A stretch of 52,941 nucleotides of DNA. Source: an uncultured Bacillales bacterium (GTDB taxonomy: Bacteria > Bacillota_I > Bacilli_A > RFN20 > CAG-826). The notes under the pieces are model-generated. The model saw only the letters and a program-made list of their open reading frames with translations, did no database searches and was not told where the DNA came from. A program made the translations under genes and the position numbers. Shown here piece by piece: positions 27,232 through 34,726 of the stretch (positions are counted from its first letter, which is position 1; every line of letters starts with the position of its first letter). The stretch is taken from the NCBI GenBank assembly GCA_947306345.1, contig CAMZGG010000001.1, forward strand, positions 1 to 52,941, written 5' to 3'.

Positions 27232-28366
27232 ATTCATCCATTATTTGCTTTAATGGAATCTTTTTCATGAGATAGCCGTATATGAACATTACGCCTTCGT
27301 AGATAACAATGAATGCTACAAGGGTGATGAAGAACATTGGCCAGTCAAAGTGATAATCAGGAACGCCTTCTACATTAGCGAACACAACGGCAACCATAAG
27401 TTTCAATAGGCCATATTGATAAGCAGTGCCGATGGCGAAGCCGATATAAGCAGCGGGGCGGTAGCAATCTAATACCGATCTTTTGCATTCCATCGCGCTG
27501 TAGCCAAAGACACGCATCATGGCGATGTTCTTTTGATTAGAACGGATAACTGTGGTTAAAGCAATATATAGAGTGGTGAATGCTAAGACGATACCAATGA
27601 TTAAAATCATTAACTCCATCATTAAGCTTGCTAGTTCTTCCATGCTTGTACTCATTTGAATCATTGAGGCAAAGCAGAATGATGATAAGCCAATAAAGAA
27701 CACAAGTGTCTTACGACTTCTAAGAATTGAACTCTTCATTTCGCTAACAAAGTTCTTCTTATCTTTACCATCAGAGTATTTAGCTTTTTGTTTGGTGATA
27801 CCTTTAAGCAAGTTAATAGTGGGCTGGTTAAGTTTGAGAACACTATAGCCAATAGCGATACCCGCAAAAACGATAGTGGGCACAACAACTAACAAGACAA
27901 ACATAATCCAGTGGATCTTCATTGGAATATTTGGTAACACATCGTTATCATTCTGCAAATGATAGAATATTGGGAATAGGGTGAATGACAATAGATAGCC
28001 AGCGAAGCAGCCAGCGAAGATGCTTAAGCCAAAGACTGCAAAGCCTCTAGAGATTCTAAAGTCAGAATAACCATGAGCTTTTAAGATACCAATCTCACGA
28101 GAATGGCTATCAATATAGTGCTTAATATAGAAGAAGAGCATCACCACGGAAGTGATAAGCATACATCCTCCACAGCACGCACAGACGACGTATGAAGTAT
28201 TTAAGAAAGCATCATACATCGCTTGAGCGCCTGGTCCTTCGACTTGATCTGCAATGCTCTTTAAATCAATTTGGTAATTTAAAAATAGATTACAAACGCA
28301 AACAGCGCAGCACGCGATGATGGAGATGCCAATTAATTTAAAACCATCTTTTAAACTGACAATCAT
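27230..28366 (-). CDS. ABC transporter permease (FtsX-like)
   Basis: FtsX-type motifs (EIGILKAHGYSD; NIAMMRVFGYS) and multiple TM segments. Confidence 0.85.
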   Translation of the reverse strand: MIVSLKDGFKLIGISIIACCAVCVCNLFLNYQIDLKSIADQVEGPGAQAMYDAFLNTSYVVCACCGGCMLITSVVMLFFYIKHYIDSHSREIGILKAHGYSDFRISRGFAVFGLSIFAGCFAGYLLSFTLFPIFYHLQNDNDVLPNIPMKIHWIMFVLLVVVPTIVFAGIAIGYSVLKLNQPTINLLKGITKQKAKYSDGKDKKNFVSEMKSSILRSRKTLVFFIGLSSFCFASMIQMSTSMEELASLMMELMILIIGIVLAFTTLYIALTTVIRSNQKNIAMMRVFGYSAMECKRSVLDCYRPAAYIGFAIGTAYQYGLLKLMVAVVFANVEGVPDYHFDWPMFFITLVAFIVIYEGVMFIYGYLMKKIPLKQIMDE

Positions 28367-28369
28367 AAA

Positions 28370-29059
28370 TTACCATCCAATCTCATAAGCGGATTTCTTG
28401 TTAAGATTGTCACAAACGTCAACAATCTTGCCGCTGTTCATCTTAATCGTACGGTCTGCTGTTTCAGCGATATTCGCGTTATGTGTAACCATAATCATTG
28501 TGAACTTTTGTTCTTCTTGTAATTTAATGATGTAATCAAGGACTAAACGACCAGTCTTTTCATCTAACGCACCAGTTGGTTCGTCTAAGAATAAGACTTT
28601 AGGGCTCTTTGATAATGCTCTTGCGATAGCGACTCTTTGTTGTTCGCCGCCACTTAATTCCGCGGGATGTTTTTTGCGTTTATCAAGCAAACCAACAGCC
28701 TCAATGTATTTGAGATATTCCTTGCCGCCTAAGTCCGCGCCCATCTTGACATTCTTTTCAACGTTAAGGTGTGGAAGTAAGTAATATTGTTGAAAGATAA
28801 AAGCAACATTATCTCGACGGAATTTGGTTAATTCCTTTTCGTTCATCTTTTCAAGATGACTATCATTATAAATAACTTCTCCATCATCAAGAGTTTCTAA
28901 TCCAGAAATAACGTTTAAGAAAGTGGACTTACCACTTCCTGAAGCACCGAGAATGACAACAAATTCGCCTTCTCTAATGTTCATGGACACAGAGTCTAAT
29001 GCTTTAAAACGGCTCTCGCCTTTGCCATAGTATTTAGTAATATTTTTAATCTCAATCAT
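28370..29059 (-). CDS. ABC transporter ATP-binding protein
   Basis: Walker A GASGSGKST, signature SGGEQQR, Walker B VLFLDEPT. Confidence 0.9.
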   Translation of the reverse strand: MIEIKNITKYYGKGESRFKALDSVSMNIREGEFVVILGASGSGKSTFLNVISGLETLDDGEVIYNDSHLEKMNEKELTKFRRDNVAFIFQQYYLLPHLNVEKNVKMGADLGGKEYLKYIEAVGLLDKRKKHPAELSGGEQQRVAIARALSKSPKVLFLDEPTGALDEKTGRLVLDYIIKLQEEQKFTMIMVTHNANIAETADRTIKMNSGKIVDVCDNLNKKSAYEIGW

Positions 29060-29060
29060 C

Positions 29061-29633
29061 TTACTTACCCATTAATCTTTCTTTTAATAATGACTTGAAG
29101 ACTTCGGTTAACATGTTACCGATTTCTTCGCCTGTGAATCTGCACATAGATGTTGCACATAATGTAGCAATGCCATGTGAGTAGATCCATAAATGACGGT
29201 ATAAAATAACCGCATCATCTTGACTAACAGGGTAGTGACTAGTGATGGAATCTAATATCGCTTGATAGTTATCATCGATTTCAGGAAGGATTTTATTAAC
29301 ACCGATATCTTGGTCAAGTTTTCTCATGAAAAGAAGTTGAAATAATTTAGGTTCTTTAACTGCGAAAAGGATATAGGCTTGGCCCACACCTTTAAACGCT
29401 AAGTCTTGTTTCAATCCATCTTGGACATAGCCATCATAAATATCTCTAGCTTTTTCTTTAATACCTTCAACAACTTCACTCATATTAGAGAAAGTAGTGA
29501 AGATTGGTCTCGCGGAACTCCTTAAATACTTACCAATCTCACGCGCAGTAACGTGTGACAAATCAGATGTTCTTAATATTTCTAATCCTGCATTAATAAT
29601 TTCATCTTTTGTAAATTTAGCTCTTGGTGGCAT
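29061..29633 (-). CDS. TetR/AcrR-family transcriptional regulator
   Basis: N-terminal HTH (FTKDEIINAGLEILRTSDLSHVTAREIGKYLRSSARPIFTTF). First gene of the minus-strand ABC operon. Confidence 0.85.
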   Translation of the reverse strand: MPPRAKFTKDEIINAGLEILRTSDLSHVTAREIGKYLRSSARPIFTTFSNMSEVVEGIKEKARDIYDGYVQDGLKQDLAFKGVGQAYILFAVKEPKLFQLLFMRKLDQDIGVNKILPEIDDNYQAILDSITSHYPVSQDDAVILYRHLWIYSHGIATLCATSMCRFTGEEIGNMLTEVFKSLLKERLMGK

Positions 29634-29783
29634 TTTAGTCTCCTTTCTAAAACGCTTGTTTTAATACACATGTTTTATTTAACGATAATTACCTGATATT
29701 GTCAACACAAAATCGCAATCTTGTGCATGCACGTAGGGGTGCGCAAATGTTACTATAGTAAGCAACTGTTAACATGTAGACCT

Positions 29784-29812
29784 TTGACTAAAATTGCTGA
29801 CTATACTATAGT
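29784..29812 (+). promoter_or_regulatory. Putative promoter (TTGACT-17 nt-TATAGT) of the GT8 fusion gene
   Basis: -35 at 29784..29789 and -10 at 29807..29812. Confidence 0.55.
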
Positions 29813-29816
29813 TTTT

Positions 29817-29910
29817 GGGCAGTTCTACTTTTTAGACCACGTAAAGTAGAGGCTGCTTCGGACAAATAGAATCAATTCTATATGGTCGTTTGTTATTATT
29901 GTAACTGCCC
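29817..29910 (+). ncRNA. Structured 5' leader (three nested/adjacent helices), unassigned cis-regulatory candidate
   Basis: GGGCAGTT (29817..29824) pairs with AACTGCCC (29903..29910). CTACTTT (29825..29831) pairs with AAAGTAG (29843..29849). ATAGAAT pairs with ATTCTAT (29866..29881). The SD AAGGAGG follows immediately. Confidence 0.35.
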
Positions 29911-29927
29911 CAAGGAGGCTTTTATTT

Positions 29928-31748
29928 ATGGCAAAACGAAAAGTTGTACGTCTCTTCTTCACAGTGGATGATAACTATATTCCATATCTTTCGGTTACTA
30001 TCGCTAGTATCGCGAGACACGCTAGCAAGAAATATACATATCACTTAACCGTTCTTCATGATGGCTTATCTTGTAAGAGCAAGAAGATACTACGCAAATA
30101 TCAAAACAATAAAAATATATTCATTTGGTTCATGGATGTGACCGCTAAGGTGCATTCCATCTCTGTTAAGTTAGACGTTCGTGACTACTATACAATTACT
30201 ACTTATTACCGTTTATTCCTACCTAACTTATTCCCATTGTTCAATAAGGGTCTTTATCTCGATAGTGATATCGTCGTTAGGGAAGACATTGCTAAATTAT
30301 ATTTCACCGATTTAGGCAACAACCTAGTGGGTGCTATTCCAGATGCATCTGTTCAACTCTATGATGAGTTTGGTAACTACGTTGATAAGGTCATTGAGAT
30401 GGATCACCGCAAATACTTCAACGCTGGTATCTTATTAATGAACTTTAAGAAATTAAGAGAATTTGGTCTAGAAAGAAGATTTATTGATTTACTAAAGAAA
30501 GTCACTTTCAAAGTGGCCCAAGACCAAGACGTCTTTAACTATTTATGTAAAGACCAAGCCCTTCTTTTAGATCCAAAGTGGAACGTGATGCCATTAGGGG
30601 AAAGAATGGAAAACCCATCCATCATTCACTATAACTTAATGTTCAAGCCTTGGAACTTAAAGAACATCATGTATGAAGAAGAATTCTTCAAATATGCCGA
30701 ACTTGCGGGTGTTAAAGAAACAATTCTCAAAAATAGAGAAGCTATTCCTCAAGAAGTCACTGATAAGATTCTTCAAGGTGTCGATGGTGTTAAAGCCTTC
30801 TGTAACTTAGAAGCTTCTAAAGCTCAAGAATATCACGATAAGATTAATGGAGTACCTGAAAAAGTTCGTGAACCTTCTATCGATCAAAGAATTAGAAGTG
30901 ATGAACCAATCGCTCCTAAACTCAGCGATGAAAGACAAGCTATCGTTGATAAAATCAACGCTCTTGAAAGAAGTAGACGTTTTGATGTGGACGTGGAAAA
31001 CGATCCTCCATTCAATCACTTAATGCCAGGAGATGTTGACTACTTACGAAAGAAATGGACTAGTAAGATCAAGACCATGTGGGCTAATTACTATTCCAAT
31101 AGATATTTCAAACACATGATTAAAAAGGGTCATATCGTTATTGATGGCTATGAAGGTGTTGAAAACCTCAAGAGTGTCAAGGGTGGTGCAATTATCACCG
31201 CGAATCACTTCTCACCATTTGATAGTATCCCTCTTCATTTAGCGATGAAGAAATTCGCTAAAACAAAGAAGCTCTATAAGATTATTAGAGAAGGTAACTA
31301 CACAATGCCTGGTTTATACGGTTTCTTTTTAAGAAACTGCTATACTCTTCCATTAGCTACTAACCCAACAGTCTTAAGAGACTTATACTCTTCCATAACA
31401 ACAATTCTTAAAAAAGGTAACTATATCCTTATCTATCCAGAACAATCCATGTGGTGGAACTATCGTAAGCCAAAGCCATTAAAACAAGGTGCTTTCATTT
31501 TTGCTAGCAAAAATAATGTGCCAGTTATCCCAACATTCATTACTATGCGTGATACCGATAAACTTGATAAAGATGGCTCATACGTCCAAGCTTATACTCT
31601 TCACTTCTTAAAACCAATTTATCCAGATGAAGATTTAAGCCAACAAGAAAACGTTAACTACATGAAAGAGTTAAATGAACAACGCTGTAAAGAAATCTAC
31701 GAACAAGTTTATGGCGTGGAACTCTCTTATTTACCTGAGGACAAATAA
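29928..31748 (+). CDS. Fusion protein: N-terminal family-8 glycosyltransferase + C-terminal lysophospholipid acyltransferase (PlsC-like)
   Basis: GT8 features (FFTVDDNYIPYLSVTIASI; LYLDSDIVV DxD; YFNAGILLMN; QDQDVFN). C-terminal LPLAT HX4D (ANHFSPFDS) and an IYPEQS block. AAGGAGG RBS. Confidence 0.85.
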   Translation: MAKRKVVRLFFTVDDNYIPYLSVTIASIARHASKKYTYHLTVLHDGLSCKSKKILRKYQNNKNIFIWFMDVTAKVHSISVKLDVRDYYTITTYYRLFLPNLFPLFNKGLYLDSDIVVREDIAKLYFTDLGNNLVGAIPDASVQLYDEFGNYVDKVIEMDHRKYFNAGILLMNFKKLREFGLERRFIDLLKKVTFKVAQDQDVFNYLCKDQALLLDPKWNVMPLGERMENPSIIHYNLMFKPWNLKNIMYEEEFFKYAELAGVKETILKNREAIPQEVTDKILQGVDGVKAFCNLEASKAQEYHDKINGVPEKVREPSIDQRIRSDEPIAPKLSDERQAIVDKINALERSRRFDVDVENDPPFNHLMPGDVDYLRKKWTSKIKTMWANYYSNRYFKHMIKKGHIVIDGYEGVENLKSVKGGAIITANHFSPFDSIPLHLAMKKFAKTKKLYKIIREGNYTMPGLYGFFLRNCYTLPLATNPTVLRDLYSSITTILKKGNYILIYPEQSMWWNYRKPKPLKQGAFIFASKNNVPVIPTFITMRDTDKLDKDGSYVQAYTLHFLKPIYPDEDLSQQENVNYMKELNEQRCKEIYEQVYGVELSYLPEDK

Positions 31749-32359
31749 TGCTTCTTTATTCAATTATTATTCTCGTCGCAATGGCTATAACCATTACTCT
31801 AAACTGTTTCTTTAATCCTTTATACCAGGATAAGTTTTGGTTATATATTATTTTCACTGTGGCGTTAACAATCATTGCGATATTAATTGATGGCCTAGTG
31901 GCCTTCATCATCCGTAGGATGCCTGAGAAATGGTTCCAAAAAGATAAAGGTATATTTAAAACAGGTCCAAGAGAATTTAAATTCTATAAGTTTTTGAGAG
32001 TAAATAAATGGAAAGAACATGTTCCTGAATTAGGTAGTTTTACTGGTTTCCATAAAAACCAATTCGCTAATCCATTTGATAACGAATATGTTTCTAGATT
32101 CATTTTAGAAGCAAGATATGGCGTTGCTATTCACTTATATAGTGTGCCAGCCTCATTCTTAATCCTTTTGTTGGACTGGAAAATGTACACTGGTCAGTCT
32201 AATATCTGGCTAACAATCGGTTTACCAGTCGCAATAGTGAACGCAATACTAATCGTTCTTCCAGCGTTTATATTAAAATATAATCTCCCTACATTAGTGA
32301 GAATCTATAATAACAATCTAGAAAAAGAACAACGTAAATTAAATAAAGAACAACGCTAA
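31748..32359 (+). CDS. CrtO-like membrane acyltransferase (glycosyl-4,4'-diaponeurosporenoate acyltransferase family, tentative)
   Basis: Pattern match to S. aureus CrtO as I recall it: LRVNKWKEHVPE vs VRKWKHKILDG; ILEARYGVAIH vs IIETKRAELIH; LKYNLPTLVR vs VQRYNRPRL. The start overlaps the upstream stop (TAATG). Confidence 0.5.
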   Translation: MLLYSIIILVAMAITITLNCFFNPLYQDKFWLYIIFTVALTIIAILIDGLVAFIIRRMPEKWFQKDKGIFKTGPREFKFYKFLRVNKWKEHVPELGSFTGFHKNQFANPFDNEYVSRFILEARYGVAIHLYSVPASFLILLLDWKMYTGQSNIWLTIGLPVAIVNAILIVLPAFILKYNLPTLVRIYNNNLEKEQRKLNKEQR

Positions 32360-33058
32360 AGCGATAACAAATTGAGCGGCGTAATAAGTGACCGTGTTGG
32401 TGATGATATCAACCGGTCTTTCTTTACCTTGACCAAAATATGTACCACTTAAGATTAAATCAGAGATCGTGAATAATAAGCCGCCTGAGAACATCATGAT
32501 TAAAGTGGTGCTGTTAAAGCTCATCATAATGGAAAGACTTAACGCTGTTAAAGTCATGCCAAATAAGAAGAAGCCATAGATAAAGCTAATAAGCTTATAG
32601 CCACTATAATCTAACTTCATTGGTTTAGCGATAAAGAGATTGAGTACACTAATCAATAAGCCACCCACAAGTGGAAGAATAATGTATAAAGGACTTTGTC
32701 CATTAAAGAACTCTAAGAACATACCGGTGATATAGCAAGCGTGTCCTAAAGCGAAGGCAATAAAACCGGCGTATGTAAAGACAACTTCGTGTTCCTTGAA
32801 AACATATTTGAAATCAAGCCAAATGTCGCCCAAAACGCCTGAAAATAGACCTAAAGTCACAAATATTGCTAGAGCATGATGTCCTTTAACATATAAGGAA
32901 ACCGCAGCAACCGCAACAAAGAATAAAGAAGCAATGGCTTTGAACATTACTGCCTTAACGGAATAGTTCTTAACTTTCTCACGTAAGAAGAAAACTAAGT
33001 TTACTGCCCCTAAACAAATAAAGATAATGATAAGAATTAATGGAAGCATACGATTCAC
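32339..33058 (-). CDS. YhhN-family membrane protein (lysoplasmalogenase-like)
   Basis: Eight TM segments with the paired motifs LFSGVLGDIWL and LLFTISDLILS. Confidence 0.7.
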   Translation of the reverse strand: MNRMLPLILIIIFICLGAVNLVFFLREKVKNYSVKAVMFKAIASLFFVAVAAVSLYVKGHHALAIFVTLGLFSGVLGDIWLDFKYVFKEHEVVFTYAGFIAFALGHACYITGMFLEFFNGQSPLYIILPLVGGLLISVLNLFIAKPMKLDYSGYKLISFIYGFFLFGMTLTALSLSIMMSFNSTTLIMMFSGGLLFTISDLILSGTYFGQGKERPVDIITNTVTYYAAQFVIALALFFI

Positions 33059-33498
33059 CTACTTAAGAAATATGGGTTAACTGATATCGCAAAAACATGC
33101 CTATGTCTTGAGCCTTCAAAAAGAGTCTCTTTCCGTTGACGTTTCTTACGTCTTTTAACCCAATCAATTGCTTCTTTCTAAACAAAATATCAAGAGCTTG
33201 ATTAGATAAGAAAAACTCTCTTTGTGTCTCCACAATTTAGTGGATGTCTCCTTTTGTGTAACCCATATATGTGTTCCATTTGTAGAACCGTTACATAATT
33301 CTACTTCTGTTACTTTAAGTATACACCTTTTTACGATGATATCTAACAAAAATGTGTGTTTGTAAAAGATAAGAGAAATCGCAAGATTGTCTATAAAGTT
33401 TTAACAGGACTATAAAATGATTTTTTCAAAGTAAAAATCAAAAATATATACATTTTTTATGCTAAGTGCTAAAATACCACTAACTTTTACTACAGCAT

Positions 33499-34638
33499 AT
33501 GGATATACCAAGTTATCTAGTTTCAAACATTCCATTATTTTCTATTTCTGCGGTCATGATCTTTTTGGCCTTTAGAAATATTCGTGTCAGAAGAAAAGAA
33601 AGCCTTTACTTCCTTGCTTTTACTACGATTGTCTTGCTCTTATCCGTTGTCTGTGCGCTTGAAAAGTATTCCCAAAGAGCAGGTCTTCCTGTCGTGGGAA
33701 CTATCTTCACATCTTTAGGTTATATCTTAAGACCAGTTTTGCTATTCATATTCGTGTTACTTGCTAACATGGACTTTAAGCGTGAACGCTGGTTCTTTAA
33801 TATGATTGCCATTCCATTATTAGTGAACCTGGTTGTTTATATCATCCCATTGTTCATGGGTGTGGAACCTTTAAGAAATCTTGTCTTCTATTACCAAATG
33901 AAGCCAGATGGTATTGAAGCTGAGTTCGTTAGAGGCACATTCTTGAACTTTGTTTCTCACGCCATTTGTTTGTTCTATTTAGGCGTTGTGGTGTATGTTT
34001 CCACTGTGAGATTCCACGGCAAACATCGTCGTGACGGTGTTGTTTTACTTTTATGTGTCGCAGTTGTCCTTGCTACAGTCGCCGCAGAAATGGTGACTAC
34101 AAGAAACGACTTACTCAATATCGCTTGTGAAATATGCGCCATGATTAATTACATCTTCATCATGACTGTTAATTCTTCTAGAGACCCATTAACAAATCTC
34201 TACGATAGAAGAACATATCTTGAGGATGTATCTCGTTATAAAGAACTTATCAATGGTCTTGTTGTCATTGATATGAACGAATTAAAATTCGTTAACGACA
34301 ATTATGGCCATAAGATTGGTGATGAAGCGCTTAATGAATTAGCAAATATTTTTGATAACAGTGTTGAGCCATCAGTGATGTGTACATATCGTGTCAGTGG
34401 TGATGAATTTGTCATCTTAATGTTCCAAGGTAAGATTGAACAATTAGATCACACAGTAAGCACAATTAGAAAACGCATGGATGAATGTGCCTATAGTGCG
34501 GCTATCGGTTGCTGCTATCTCGACAAAAAAGCGGGCAATATCACTTTTGAAGAAGCCATTCAAAAAGCTGAAGAATTAATGTATCAAGACAAAAACAAAC
34601 ACTATAACAATACTGGTCACGTCCGTCGTGAACGCTAG
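33499..34638 (+). CDS. Membrane-anchored GGDEF-domain protein (SGDEF variant), paralog of 4665..5792
   Basis: Same architecture as 4665..5792. DPLTNLYDR; RVSGDEF at 34396..34410. An extended -10 (TGCTAAAAT) lies about 20 nt upstream of the ATG. Confidence 0.85.
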   Translation: MDIPSYLVSNIPLFSISAVMIFLAFRNIRVRRKESLYFLAFTTIVLLLSVVCALEKYSQRAGLPVVGTIFTSLGYILRPVLLFIFVLLANMDFKRERWFFNMIAIPLLVNLVVYIIPLFMGVEPLRNLVFYYQMKPDGIEAEFVRGTFLNFVSHAICLFYLGVVVYVSTVRFHGKHRRDGVVLLLCVAVVLATVAAEMVTTRNDLLNIACEICAMINYIFIMTVNSSRDPLTNLYDRRTYLEDVSRYKELINGLVVIDMNELKFVNDNYGHKIGDEALNELANIFDNSVEPSVMCTYRVSGDEFVILMFQGKIEQLDHTVSTIRKRMDECAYSAAIGCCYLDKKAGNITFEEAIQKAEELMYQDKNKHYNNTGHVRRER

Positions 34639-34674
34639 AAATAGTGTGTTATTATCTCAATAAAATGCATAATT

Positions 34675-34705
34675 AACCATTGAAAAAATGGTTATTTTAT
34701 TATTT
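34675..34705 (+). terminator. Weak terminator after the GGDEF gene
   Basis: AACCAT-tgaaaaa-ATGGTT followed by a T-rich tract. It contains the ORF-track ATG at 34688, arguing against that start. Confidence 0.45.
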
Positions 34706-34726
34706 AATAATTGGGAAAGGTTTTTT

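Noticed and set aside
33164-33349. 61-aa minus-strand ORF in the 440-nt gap
   Set aside because: It has a TTG start, no SD, an odd composition and no recognisable features. The region is treated as non-coding and flagged as a finding instead.
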